This document shows, piece after piece, positions 18,526-28,151 of a stretch of DNA of 64,000 nucleotides (position 1 is its first letter; each line of letters begins with the position of its first letter). The stretch covers positions 35,726 to 99,725 of the IMG/VR virus record IMGVR_UViG_2895791493_000001. The stretch is one strand, 5' to 3'. The position numbers were made by a program, and so were the translations under genes. A model generated the notes under the pieces. The model had not been told where the DNA came from. It saw only the letters and a list, made by a program, of their open reading frames with translations, and searched no databases. This DNA is from a virus. Taxonomy: Duplodnaviria; Caudoviricetes.

Positions 18526-18998
18526 GGGGTCTCCAGTGCGAAGTTCACGAACGCGGGGATCAGGTTGGTGGCCTGCAGGGCGGCGTCGCGGACCATGTGA
18601 CGGGGCCGCAGTCGCACCTGTCGGACCCGCACCCAGTTCCCGGTGGCCTCCGCGCCGTCCCAGGGGTTCCGGAGTCGGAAGGTCAGCCACTTGCCACGCC
18701 GGGGCCGGATGGCTCCGCCGGGCAGTCCGGCTGTACCTTCCTCGAGGAGGTTCATGCCGGGGCCGGTGGCGCTGATGCTGCTGCCGGCGCTGGTGTGGGT
18801 GGCGGTGACGCTCTGGCGGGCCGCGCCGGTGCGGGCGGTGAGGTAGCGGGTCATGGGGCCGCCGCCGACGTACTCGCGCAGTCGCTCGGCGGCCGCGTCG
18901 GCCCAGCGGGCGTTGACCTCGGCCGTGACGCGGTCGGGCAGTTGCTGTTCCACGTCACGGATCAGGGCGCGCAGGTCCCCCTGGATGTTCAGGGTCAC
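18522..18998 (-). CDS. Tail completion/HK97-gp10-like neck protein
   Basis: RTGAARQSV...LEEGT...IRPRRGKWLTF...RPRHMVRDA motifs. Confidence 0.65.
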   Translation of the reverse strand: MTLNIQGDLRALIRDVEQQLPDRVTAEVNARWADAAAERLREYVGGGPMTRYLTARTGAARQSVTATHTSAGSSISATGPGMNLLEEGTAGLPGGAIRPRRGKWLTFRLRNPWDGAEATGNWVRVRQVRLRPRHMVRDAALQATNLIPAFVNFALETP

Positions 18999-19696
18999 TG
19001 GTTCCACCACGGGTCGATGGCGGGGGGCGTGACGGGCACGCCGGGGTCGGGGGTGGGGTCGTTGCCGGGCGTGGGGGCGCGCGCGCCGGTGCGTCCGCGC
19101 CAGCTGAGGCCGAGGGTGTCGCCGAGCGTGTCCCGCTGGATGGGCGGCACGACCTCGTACTCGTCGCCGTCCGTGGTGCTGATGACGGTGCCGGGGTCGA
19201 GGGTCACGCCGGGCGGCAGGTGCGCGCGGTGGCTGTCGTCCACGCTGGCGGCCAGGTCGTTGCCGGACTGCGCGCCGCCGGGGAGCGTGGCGGTCGCCTG
19301 GACGCGCAGGCGGACGCTCTGGCCTGCGGCGGTCGCCTGAACCGGGTAGGCGCGGGCGTCCACGAGTCGGCAGACGCCGACGCTCCGGCCGGTGTACTGG
19401 CTTTCGTCGCTCCATACGCCAAACACCAGCTGCCCGCCCTGATGGGGGACGCTGGTGCCGGGAGTGGGTTCGCTCTGCCCTGGCGCGAGACGAAGAAGGC
19501 GCAGACTGGCGGGCATCGGGTCCGTCTGGAGTTTCAGGAGACCGCGTCCGCCGTTGCCCCGGTTCGGGTCCCTCACGCCGAACTGCCGGGTGATCCCGTC
19601 CGACCAGACGGCGCGCAGCGGGTAGCGCAGGGCGTTCAGGTCCGCATCCGAGTCCACGGACGCCACGGCGGCCTGCACGTCGTCCAGGAGGCTCAT
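18995..19696 (-). CDS. Head-tail adaptor/closure protein (putative)
   Basis: Position and coupled overlaps. Confidence 0.5.
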   Translation of the reverse strand: MSLLDDVQAAVASVDSDADLNALRYPLRAVWSDGITRQFGVRDPNRGNGGRGLLKLQTDPMPASLRLLRLAPGQSEPTPGTSVPHQGGQLVFGVWSDESQYTGRSVGVCRLVDARAYPVQATAAGQSVRLRVQATATLPGGAQSGNDLAASVDDSHRAHLPPGVTLDPGTVISTTDGDEYEVVPPIQRDTLGDTLGLSWRGRTGARAPTPGNDPTPDPGVPVTPPAIDPWWNQ

Positions 19697-20133
19697 CGCG
19701 CCGCTCCGGGGAACAGCGGCCGGCGCGGAGCGGACGGGAAGGCCAGCAGCAGGAATTTCTCAGCGAGTCCCGCCCAGTGCGTGGAGGTGAGGGTGAGCGT
19801 TTCGTCTTTCGACGCGGCCGCGCGGTACTTCACTTCCAGCTCGTCCGGGATCTTGATGGACTCGATGACTTTCGCGGGTCCGCTCGTCGCCACATGATGC
19901 AGGGTGATCCCGCTGTCCGTTCCGGCCCGGAGTTCCAGGGCCTTGGCGGCGATGGCGGTACGTGCCGCCAGTCGCTGGGGCGTGTCGAGGGCCGTGTCGC
20001 TGACGTTGCGTTCCGCGAGGCGCTGTGCGACCCATAGGGCGGCGAGGGTGAGGTGTCCTTCGGTCACGTCCGTCACGTCCGCTGGCGCGTCGGGGATGAG
20101 CTGGGGCACCTCGGCGGGCGTGACGGTGATCAC
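19693..20133 (-). CDS. Head-tail connector (putative)
   Basis: Position after capsid; IESIKIPDELEVKY pattern. Confidence 0.55.
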   Translation of the reverse strand: MITVTPAEVPQLIPDAPADVTDVTEGHLTLAALWVAQRLAERNVSDTALDTPQRLAARTAIAAKALELRAGTDSGITLHHVATSGPAKVIESIKIPDELEVKYRAAASKDETLTLTSTHWAGLAEKFLLLAFPSAPRRPLFPGAAR

Positions 20134-20136
20134 GGG

Positions 20137-20631
20137 TCAGTCCTGCGCTTCGACGAGGGTGCCGTCGCGCAGGCCGCGCGCGAGGGCGGGCGTCCAGTGG
20201 GCGGTGACGGGGTCCGCGCCGATCACGCGGCTGCCCTGCGCCTGGTCGGGGTCGGTGAACGTGCCGCCGTACGCGGCGATGGTGTCGTTCACGCGGACCG
20301 TGAAGGTCGGCGCGTCCGGTGCGGGCTCGGCGCTGCCTGTGCTGGCGCTGCCGCCCTGCAGTTCGGCCAGGGCAGCGCGCGCGGCGTCCGCGTCCGGTTC
20401 GTCCAGCAGCGCCTGGAGTTGCTCGCTGGTCAGGGTGGCGTCCGTGAGTTCGACATCCAGCGCGTCCTGCACCTGCGTGGTGAGGATTTCGCGCTTGACG
20501 CCTTCGGGGTCCGTTTCGACGCGGTCCGCCCAGCCCTGCAGGACGTCCGCTTTCGGGTTGGTGGCCTCGGTGTTGATGGTGACGCCGAGTTTCTCGCCGA
20601 GCAGTCCGGCGTTCTCTTTCCTGGTGGCCAT
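20137..20631 (-). CDS. Hypothetical acidic head-region protein
   Basis: SD AGGAG, good codon usage. Confidence 0.6.
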   Translation of the reverse strand: MATRKENAGLLGEKLGVTINTEATNPKADVLQGWADRVETDPEGVKREILTTQVQDALDVELTDATLTSEQLQALLDEPDADAARAALAELQGGSASTGSAEPAPDAPTFTVRVNDTIAAYGGTFTDPDQAQGSRVIGADPVTAHWTPALARGLRDGTLVEAQD

Positions 20632-20681
20632 GGGTGATCTCCTGCGCCGGGCCTGCTGGGGTCAGCGGCCCGGCGTGACGC

Positions 20682-21782
20682 TTACTGGAGGGTGAGGGTG
20701 GTGGCGGCGCCGGTGTCGGGCTTGCTGAAGCCGAGCATCTCGGTGATCTGCACGGCCTGCAGGTCGCGGCGGATGATGTCCTCGTACCGGACGAGGTCGA
20801 AGCGGGGGTCGTAGTGCATGGTCAGCGCGGCGGCCGGGTCGATGGCGAGCAGCTGGTCGGTGCCGGTCAGGACGCTGCGCTGGGGCGGCAGCTTGGGGCG
20901 CATGCCGAACAGGGTGGGGAACGTGCCGGTGTCGCGGAAGTCGGCGGCGGCGGCGGTGCTGCCCGTGCCGGTCACGACGTCCATGCTCAGCGCCTGCCCG
21001 AGCGCGGCGGTCGCGCCGGTCAGGATGGTGGGTTCCGCGCCGTACTCCTCGGCTTTCATCAGCAGCGCGACGAAGTCGGCGGCGGTCAGGGTCGCGCCGG
21101 CGGCGTTGACGTTCGGGGCGGCGTTGTTGTTGCCGTCGCCGTTCTTGAGGATGTCGAGCGCCTTGCGGATCTTGTTCCGGTCGGCCTGACGGCGGACCTT
21201 CAGCAGCCAGCGGTCGAAGGTGCTGAGGCTGGCGTTCAGGATCGCCTCGAGGCTGGCTTCCAGGCGCCCGCCGCACTTGAACAGGCGGACGACGGCGTCA
21301 CCCTGCGTGATGGTCAGCACGGGGTACTCGGCGCCTTCGGCGACGCGGGCCAGGTCGGCGTTCTCGTCGTCCTGGAAGCTGAGCAGCTGGGTGTTGACGA
21401 CGCTGGCCTCGACGGGCTGGGTGTCGGTGACGACGTCGGCGAGCGTCAGGCCGTTGCGGCTGTCACGGCCGACTTCGCGGTAGCGTTCCTCGATGTACAG
21501 GGGGAACAGGATGCGGTTGTCTTCCTGGCGGAAGAACGCGTCGTTGACGGTCGCGGCGGCGTGACGGCCGCGGGGTTCGAGGCCCGCGCCGCGCACCATG
21601 ACCTGCTTCCACGCGGCGACGCTCGCGCCGGTGCTGTCGCGGGTGGCGGGGTCGTACAGGCTGCTGTCGATCTCGCCGTTGTCCGCGAGGTGCTGGATCT
21701 GCTGCGCGAACGTGCGGCGCTCGGCGTGCGCGTCGGCTTTCAGGGCGAGGGTGAGGTCGTTGATCTTCTTGATTTTCGGCAT
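20682..21782 (-). CDS. Major capsid protein (HK97 fold)
   Basis: 366 aa; LARVAEGAEYP...KCGGRLEASLEAI...ILKNGDGN motifs. Confidence 0.85.
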   Translation of the reverse strand: MPKIKKINDLTLALKADAHAERRTFAQQIQHLADNGEIDSSLYDPATRDSTGASVAAWKQVMVRGAGLEPRGRHAAATVNDAFFRQEDNRILFPLYIEERYREVGRDSRNGLTLADVVTDTQPVEASVVNTQLLSFQDDENADLARVAEGAEYPVLTITQGDAVVRLFKCGGRLEASLEAILNASLSTFDRWLLKVRRQADRNKIRKALDILKNGDGNNNAAPNVNAAGATLTAADFVALLMKAEEYGAEPTILTGATAALGQALSMDVVTGTGSTAAAADFRDTGTFPTLFGMRPKLPPQRSVLTGTDQLLAIDPAAALTMHYDPRFDLVRYEDIIRRDLQAVQITEMLGFSKPDTGAATTLTLQ

Positions 21783-21863
21783 GGGCTGGCCCTCCTGCGG
21801 GCGTCATGGGAGCGCCCACCCCTGCTGCAGGGTGGGCGCGGTTCGTGGTGCCGGGGGCGGGGG

Positions 21864-22211
21864 TTACAGCTTGATGTTGGCGAGGCCGTTCTGGGCGATG
21901 TTCACGAGCACGCGGGTGCCGCCCGCGCCGACCTTGGCTTTCCCGGCGCCGTCCACGACGAGCGTCTGGTAGCCGAGGGGGAGGGTGCCGACCGTGGCGA
22001 TGTCGGTGAAGCCGGCACCTTCGAGGGCGACGGCGCCGACGCCGTCGGCTTCCTTGGTGAGGACCTTGCCGAGCAGGGGGTTGCCGTCCGCACCGCGTCC
22101 GGCGGTGGCGGCGCCGGTGTGGGCGACGGCGTCACCGACGACGGTGCCGGCGGCGAGGTTCATGGTGGGGAAGTGGTTCTGGCCGTTGAAGACGAGTTCT
22201 CCGAGTTTCAT
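21864..22211 (-). CDS. Capsid decoration/cement protein
   Basis: Small Gly/Ala/Val-rich protein between protease and capsid. Confidence 0.7.
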   Translation of the reverse strand: MKLGELVFNGQNHFPTMNLAAGTVVGDAVAHTGAATAGRGADGNPLLGKVLTKEADGVGAVALEGAGFTDIATVGTLPLGYQTLVVDGAGKAKVGAGGTRVLVNIAQNGLANIKL

Positions 22212-22255
22212 GGTGTTCCTCCAGGGGAAGCGGGATGGGGCGGTGAGCGGGGGGC

Positions 22256-23698
22256 TTAGAAGTTGAAGGCGGTCGGGGGAACGGCGGGCGCGGCGGGTTT
22301 GGTGTCGTCGGCCTGGGGGGGCGCGCCGGCGTCGGGTTTGCTCTGGCGTCCGGCGGGGTACAGGGCGGATTTCTGGGCGGTGAGGTCGTCGATCATGCCG
22401 GGCAGGTCGGCCGTGTCAGCCTTGCTGGCGAGGCGCGCGGCGCGTTCGATGGCGGCGGTAGCGTCGGCGCCGTAGACGCTGGTGGCGAGCGCTTCGACTT
22501 TCTCGATGAGGCTGGCGCGGTAGGCGGCGCCGTCGGCGGCCTGGGCGCGCAGCTGGGTGAGGCGGTCGGCGGTGAGGTCGTTCACTTCGACGCCGAGGGC
22601 GGCGGCAGTGAGTTCCCGCTGGGCCTGGATGCCCGCTTCGTACGCGCCGCTTTCGAGGGTGGCGGTGAGGGTCTGCGCGTCGGTCTGGGCGGCGTCGGTG
22701 GTGGTGTCGAGGGTGTGAGTCTTGCCGGTGCGGTCTTTGACGGTGATGAGCACGGTGTCCTCCTGGTGCGGGTCTTCCGCGCTGGCGCTGCGGCCGAGGC
22801 GGAGGGTGGGGGCGGGTTGGGGCGTGGCGGCCTGGAGGTGTTCGGTGATGATGTCGTTGAGCGTGCCGACCCGGTCGGCGAGGCCGGCGGTGACGGCTCC
22901 GTCTCCGAACCAGACGTCCCCGGTCGCCCAGGTGCTGGCCTTCGCGACGCTGACGTTGCGTCCGGCGGCGACGGCCTGCACGAACAGGTCGTGCACGGTG
23001 GCCATTTCCGCCTGCCACTGCGCGAGCACCGTGCCGTCCATGGCTTCGGCGGGCTGCCCGAGCGCTTTGCGTTCCGTGCTGCGGACGTACGTGACCTTCA
23101 GGCCTTCCCCTTCGAGGGCGGCGGTCTGGTCGGTGTGCGTGCCGATCACGCCGATACTGCCGACCTCGCCGGCGGGCGTGACGATGAACTCGGTGGCCTG
23201 CGCGCCGATCCAGTACGCGGCGCTGCACGCCATGGTGTTGGCGATGGCGGTGACGGTCTTGGCCTGCGCGGCTTCCGCGACGGCCTGCGCGGCCACGTCG
23301 ATGCCGGACACGGCGCCGCCGCCACTGTCGATGTCGATGATGATGCTCGTCACGGCCGGGTCCTGCGCGGCCGCGCGGACGCGGTCGGCGAAGGTGTGCG
23401 GGTCGACGGCGCCGCACATCCAGACCATCATGCTGCCGCGCGGGAAGATCGTGCCGTGCAGGGGGATGATGGCGACGCTGGGCGTGGCGTCCTGCGCGTC
23501 CTGCGTGGCGGCGGCGCGGCCCTCGCGCGCGGCCCTGAGTTCACGGAGGGTGTCTTCGCTGGGGCCGTGCCCGGCGAGGTACGCGCTGAAGCCCGTGACG
23601 ATGTCCTGCAGCTGGTCGCCTTTGATGGCCCAGCGGCCGTTGGCGATCAGGGCGGTGACGCCGCTGAGGTGGGTGGGACTGCGGGTCTTGGTGGTCAT
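22256..23698 (-). CDS. Prohead protease (S49/SppA family) fused to scaffold
   Basis: IDIDSGGG, MACSAAYWIG, GEVGSIGV motifs; helical C-terminus; start MTTKTR with SD AGGAG. Confidence 0.9.
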   Translation of the reverse strand: MTTKTRSPTHLSGVTALIANGRWAIKGDQLQDIVTGFSAYLAGHGPSEDTLRELRAAREGRAAATQDAQDATPSVAIIPLHGTIFPRGSMMVWMCGAVDPHTFADRVRAAAQDPAVTSIIIDIDSGGGAVSGIDVAAQAVAEAAQAKTVTAIANTMACSAAYWIGAQATEFIVTPAGEVGSIGVIGTHTDQTAALEGEGLKVTYVRSTERKALGQPAEAMDGTVLAQWQAEMATVHDLFVQAVAAGRNVSVAKASTWATGDVWFGDGAVTAGLADRVGTLNDIITEHLQAATPQPAPTLRLGRSASAEDPHQEDTVLITVKDRTGKTHTLDTTTDAAQTDAQTLTATLESGAYEAGIQAQRELTAAALGVEVNDLTADRLTQLRAQAADGAAYRASLIEKVEALATSVYGADATAAIERAARLASKADTADLPGMIDDLTAQKSALYPAGRQSKPDAGAPPQADDTKPAAPAVPPTAFNF

Positions 23699-23700
23699 GG

Positions 23701-25242
23701 TCACTCCTGGGGGGTGGGGGCGTGCACGTACCGTCGTTCGCGGGGGTGGTACGCGTACCGGGCGGTGATCTGGGCGTCCGGGTCGCTGGTGGGGGCGGGC
23801 GGTGGGGGTGCGGGGGTGCCTGCGCTGTCGTCCCAGGTGTCCGCCCAGGCGGGGGCGTGCTGGTCCTCGTCGTCGCTGAAGTCCAGGTCGTCCGCGAACC
23901 GGCGGGCGTACGCCTTGCCGGCGATGGCCTTGCCGATCTGGTGGGCTTCCATGCGGGTCTTGTACGCTTCGGCTTCTGCCTGCTTGAACGCACTTTCGGC
24001 CTGCTGGAAGCGCACGTACGCCACGGCGCGAATGCCGCGCAGGCGCAGGTGCAGGTTCAGCCCGAACTCCAGTTGCCGCGCGATGACGGCCTGGATGTTC
24101 GTGGCGCGCGCCTCGATCATCGGGTAGACGATCTTCGCGAGTGCCTCGGTGGTGCTGTCCATGTGCCCGCGCAGGAATCCGACGGTGCTCAGGCCGCTCC
24201 AGACGCGGCGGTTGTTCTCCCCGACGATGTCCTGCAGGCCGGTGAGGCTGTGGCTGATGTTGTTGATCGTGAACTTCGTGCCTTCCGGTCCGACGAACAG
24301 GCCCTCGTCCGCGAGGCCGAGGATCATGTCGGCCGCCTGGTTGGTGTACTCGGCTTTCAGTTCCGCGTACCGGGGGTCTTGAGCGTCCGTCAGGCCGAGT
24401 TCCTGCGGACTGGGCAGGGGCAGTTCGACGCCGACGAGCGCGATCTTGCGCATCAGGTCGATCACGCGGTCCACGTTGTCGATCAGGCGGGTCTTGCGGT
24501 CCAGGCTCCGCAGGGCGCTGAGGAACATCGGAATGCCGTGCGGGTCGCCGCCCATCGTGAGGAGCGGCGCGTACAGGTACGTGGCCGGGTCCAGTTCGAT
24601 GGGGTTGATGGCGACGCCCACCTGGTGGTACGTGCGCGCTCCGGTGGTGGGGTCGTACCCGACGGCGATGCGTTCGGCGGGCACGACGACCGCGCCGATC
24701 ACGCCGCTGCGGGTGTCGTCGGTGGGCCACTCGACGCTGCTGGCGGGACTGGCGAGCAGTTCGAGGATCTGGTTGTTGATCAGGCCGTCCAGTCCGCCTC
24801 CCTCGGGGAAGATGGTGGTGGCCCAGGTGTCCAGTTCCGCGCGGGCGGCCTTGACGGCCTTGCGACTGCCGGTGAATTCGATGGTGTGGCCGGGGTTGAC
24901 GATGGCGAGGTAGTCGCTGGCGGCGCCGCTGACGTCCTCGTCGCTCTGCAGGAGCATCCGCAGGACGCCGGTGAGGCGGGTGCGGGTGTCGCCGGGGTAC
25001 CCGAGGTACGCGCCGGCGATCCGGTCGAGCATCGCGCCGGGGTTCTCGGCGCTGCGTTGCGTGCCGAGTTGCCGTCCGCTGCTGCGGAGGCTGCGGGTGA
25101 GGTTCGCGATGCCCCAGGAGGCGCGGCCCGTGACGGCCTGCCGGGCGTGGGGGCTGGCGCGGGCGCGGCGGCGCGGGAGGAGGTCCTGGACGGGGGTGTT
25201 CAGGGTCCGCCAGGCGCGGGTCAGGGAGTCTCGAATGCCGAT
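23701..25242 (-). CDS. Portal protein (probable ATC start at 25242; first ATG at 25032)
   Basis: Follows terminase; PHGIPMFLSAL portal-like motif; frame open back to 25242. Confidence 0.75.
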   Translation of the reverse strand: MGIRDSLTRAWRTLNTPVQDLLPRRRARASPHARQAVTGRASWGIANLTRSLRSSGRQLGTQRSAENPGAMLDRIAGAYLGYPGDTRTRLTGVLRMLLQSDEDVSGAASDYLAIVNPGHTIEFTGSRKAVKAARAELDTWATTIFPEGGGLDGLINNQILELLASPASSVEWPTDDTRSGVIGAVVVPAERIAVGYDPTTGARTYHQVGVAINPIELDPATYLYAPLLTMGGDPHGIPMFLSALRSLDRKTRLIDNVDRVIDLMRKIALVGVELPLPSPQELGLTDAQDPRYAELKAEYTNQAADMILGLADEGLFVGPEGTKFTINNISHSLTGLQDIVGENNRRVWSGLSTVGFLRGHMDSTTEALAKIVYPMIEARATNIQAVIARQLEFGLNLHLRLRGIRAVAYVRFQQAESAFKQAEAEAYKTRMEAHQIGKAIAGKAYARRFADDLDFSDDEDQHAPAWADTWDDSAGTPAPPPPAPTSDPDAQITARYAYHPRERRYVHAPTPQE

Positions 25243-25249
25243 GGTGGGT

Positions 25250-27016
25250 TCACCTCCTCTGCTTCAGTCGGTTCATGAAGGCGGACTGGACGTTCACGAC
25301 GTCCTGGCCCGTCACGGTGGATTGCGTGTCGGCGGGTGGGCGGAAGATTTCCTCGGGCGCGGCGGCCAGCGCGGCCCCGTCCCCGTCGTCAGGGCTGCGG
25401 GCGGGCTTGATGCGGCTCTTGAACTCGTCCTTCCCTTCGAGCTTCCGAACGATGCGCCGCGCCGCTCCGGCGTTCTTCGCGACGAAGCGTGCGCGCCGTT
25501 CGGTGAGGTCCGCCTGCAGGTGCTCGGGCGGGTTGGGGACACTGAGGATCAGGAGCTGGTCGTTGGTGGTGCCGTACAGCTCCGTCGCGCGGTCGTAGTA
25601 GCGCTCCGGGTCATGCGGGGTGTGGTTGAACTGCACCTCGTGGAAGACCAGGACGCACCCGGCGACCTGCGCGGCTTCCATCAGTTCCGCGTCGGCTTTG
25701 GTGATGTCGATCTTGCCGCTGCCATACCCGCCGGTGCCGTCCACGCGGAAACTGACGCGCTGCGCCCCGGCGCGGATGGCTTTCAGTGCGGCGAGTTTCA
25801 TCTGGTGCGCGTACTGGAAGTCGTCCGCCTGGCGAAGTTCCGCCTCGCGGGTCAGGACCTGTCCCTGATTCAGCCACACGTTCCCGGCGTCTGGGCCAAA
25901 GCGGGCGCAGTCCACGCCGATCTGCGCGACCGTCATATCCCGCACGGCCGGAATCGGCCGCTGCGCGGCCGCCTCGAAGCGCGCCGTGCTGATCAGGGCG
26001 TCCCCGGCGTTCGTTGCGGGCGGCACGCCAAGCGCACGGAACTGGAAGTCCGCGCTCGGCGCGAAGATCGTTCCGGCGGGGTAGGAGATTTCCTCCCCGT
26101 CCGCGAACACTTCCCACTCCACCTCAAACGTCAGGCGGTCCGGGTCGTGTTCCGAAACGACGTCGCAGTGCTTGAAGATCATGCCGTTCAACCACGCACG
26201 GCTCGTGCCGCCCGGCACCACGTCCACGCCCTCGACGACGTTCGGGAAGTCCAGCAGGCTGAACAGGTAGTTCTGCACGCCGGGCTGCTTCCCGAGCTTG
26301 TGGAAGGCGCTGGTGCGGGTCTGCGGGTTGGCGATCAGGAGCCAGATCATCACGACGCCGCCGGTCATCATGGCGTTGATCGCCTCGAACTGGTACGCCG
26401 GAACGCCTTCCGCTTCGTCCACCACGAAGAACATGTACTTCGCGTGTTGACCCTGCGCGCGCGCCGTGCCCTGGCCGCCCGCGTCGCTGGTGGTCCGGCC
26501 GATCGCCCAGTGATTCTCGGCTTTCACCATGCGCGGCGTTTCCGGCAGGACGCGTCCCGGCAGGCCCCGGCCTTTGCGCTGGCTCTTGATGTCCTTCCAG
26601 AGCAGCAGTTCCACCTGGTCCTTCGTGGGGGCCGTGGTGATCGTGATGCCCGGCGTGAACACGTCGAAGAACCAGTTCACCAGTCCGGCGGCAATGTACG
26701 TCTTCCCGACGCCGTGGGCGCTGTCCACCCGGAAGATCTTCGGAGCGTACTCGTCCCCGGCCAGCTGGCGGCGCACGCTCTCGCCGATGTCCTGCACGAG
26801 TTCGTACTGCCCGCGCTTCCCATTCCGGCCTTTCCAGGGGCGGATGCTCAGGATGTCCTGCAGGTACCCGAGGGGGTTCGTCTGGTACTGCGTGAACCGC
26901 TCAGCCTGCTTCCGCGCCTGCTTCAGCGCGGCGGCTGGCGAGTTCTGCGAGGCTGATCGTTCCCCACCGGCTTTCCACGGCGGTGAGGAGAGCGCTCCGA
27001 ATGTCATCGTTCTCAA
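25250..27016 (-). CDS. terL: Terminase large subunit
   Basis: Walker A SAHGVGKT, Walker B FFVVDEA, IANP coupling motif, nuclease IGVDCARFG and SPDDGD. Confidence 0.92.
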   Translation of the reverse strand: MRTMTFGALSSPPWKAGGERSASQNSPAAALKQARKQAERFTQYQTNPLGYLQDILSIRPWKGRNGKRGQYELVQDIGESVRRQLAGDEYAPKIFRVDSAHGVGKTYIAAGLVNWFFDVFTPGITITTAPTKDQVELLLWKDIKSQRKGRGLPGRVLPETPRMVKAENHWAIGRTTSDAGGQGTARAQGQHAKYMFFVVDEAEGVPAYQFEAINAMMTGGVVMIWLLIANPQTRTSAFHKLGKQPGVQNYLFSLLDFPNVVEGVDVVPGGTSRAWLNGMIFKHCDVVSEHDPDRLTFEVEWEVFADGEEISYPAGTIFAPSADFQFRALGVPPATNAGDALISTARFEAAAQRPIPAVRDMTVAQIGVDCARFGPDAGNVWLNQGQVLTREAELRQADDFQYAHQMKLAALKAIRAGAQRVSFRVDGTGGYGSGKIDITKADAELMEAAQVAGCVLVFHEVQFNHTPHDPERYYDRATELYGTTNDQLLILSVPNPPEHLQADLTERRARFVAKNAGAARRIVRKLEGKDEFKSRIKPARSPDDGDGAALAAAPEEIFRPPADTQSTVTGQDVVNVQSAFMNRLKQRR

Positions 27017-27893
27017 TCACCTCCATCGCCGCGTCCGTCAGGTGACCGCCCATCACGGCCCACAGGCGCGTGATCGTGTCCATGCTGAACGTGCTCTCCT
27101 GCTGACCCTTCCGGATCCGGTCCACCATCGCCCCGACTTCCTTGATCAGCCGGGCCGCGTCCGTGATGTCCGCCATGCGCAGCGGCTTACTCGGCAGGTA
27201 CGTCATCGGGTCCGGCATGCGCTCCAGCAACTCCGCGCTGAGGTCATCCTCCCGCTCCAACGCGTCCGCCCGGACTGTCCGCCACCACTCATTCCAGTCC
27301 GACTGGAACGCCTTCTCGAAACTCAGGTTCCAGCGGGTCAGCATCCGGTCCTGCTCCTCGAACCGGTTGATGTAATCCAGCATCAACGCCCGCAGCAGCT
27401 GCGCCTCCGGCAGGAGGTTCAGCGGGTCCGGATCCGACTCGAACTGCTCCAGCAGCTCCCGCACACGCGGACGCTCCACCGACGAGTACCGACCCGTCGG
27501 CGCTGGCGTCCGCCCCCCATGCAAGTAGCAGCGGCCCGAGCCTGGATGATCCGTCCGGAAACCCGCCGGATGCCGACACGGCTCCCCACGGTGCTTCCCA
27601 TGCGCCCCGCACGTCAGGCCCGGCTCCCGCTTCTTCCGACCGGAGCGCGCAGGTTCTGTATGAGGTTCCTGCCCGGACGGATTCTGTATGAGGTTCCCGC
27701 CGTTCGTGACCTGCGGTTTGCTGCGGGTCTTGGCGAGGTACTCGGCGGTTCGTTTCTGGCTGGGGGGGTCGTTCTTGGGTTGGGCAGTGCCCGGCTTGTG
27801 CGGTGGGGTCTTGGTGGTTGGGGTGGGTTTCTTGGTGTTGTTCTTGGTGGCCTGTGCTTGGGCCTTCGCGGGTTTCTTCTTGGGTGTGGGCAT
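26901..27893 (-). CDS. terS: Terminase small subunit (HGGxxP/HGGxSTG-type Zn motif)
   Basis: TCGA...PC...GRCYLHGGRTP; immediately upstream of terL. Confidence 0.7.
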   Translation of the reverse strand: MPTPKKKPAKAQAQATKNNTKKPTPTTKTPPHKPGTAQPKNDPPSQKRTAEYLAKTRSKPQVTNGGNLIQNPSGQEPHTEPARSGRKKREPGLTCGAHGKHRGEPCRHPAGFRTDHPGSGRCYLHGGRTPAPTGRYSSVERPRVRELLEQFESDPDPLNLLPEAQLLRALMLDYINRFEEQDRMLTRWNLSFEKAFQSDWNEWWRTVRADALEREDDLSAELLERMPDPMTYLPSKPLRMADITDAARLIKEVGAMVDRIRKGQQESTFSMDTITRLWAVMGGHLTDAAMEVIENDDIRSALLTAVESRWGTISLAELASRRAEAGAEAG

Positions 27894-27928
27894 CAGGTCA
27901 CCTCCTGGGGTGGCGTGCGCGGGGTGGG

Positions 27929-28004
27929 CCGCACTGACGTCAGTGCGGTGGGGTCCATGGGATTTCCCATGGACGTAGTGGGCGATATGGGGATCCCCAT
28001 ATCG
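27929..28004. repeat. Three adjacent palindromes (27929-27948, 27953-27974, 27983-28004)
   Basis: CCGCACTGACGTCAGTGCGG; GTCCATGGGA-TT-TCCCATGGAC; CGATATGGGGATCCCCATATCG. Confidence 0.9.
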
Positions 28005-28015
28005 TGATTGGTGCG

Positions 28016-28092
28016 TGGTCCCTCTCGCAGGGTTCGAACCTGCACTGGGCCGGGTTTGAGCCGGCTGCCTCTGCCGGTTGGGCTAGGGAGGG
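28016..28092 (-). tRNA. tRNA-Leu(CAA), short variable loop, encoded CCA
   Basis: CCCTCCC/GAGAGGG acceptor (one C-A mismatch), GCCGG-CTCAAAC-CCGGC anticodon arm, GCAGG-TTCGAAC-CCTGC T arm, A73-CCA. Confidence 0.85.
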
Positions 28093-28151
28093 AGGCTGGG
28101 CACGGCGGGTACCGTGCCTGGATCGACTGCCTGCGCGTGGCAGGAGTCTCG

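Noticed and set aside
16517-18757. Template/variable repeat pair of a diversity-generating retroelement
   Set aside because: Differences are not adenine-specific and no reverse transcriptase is in the window.
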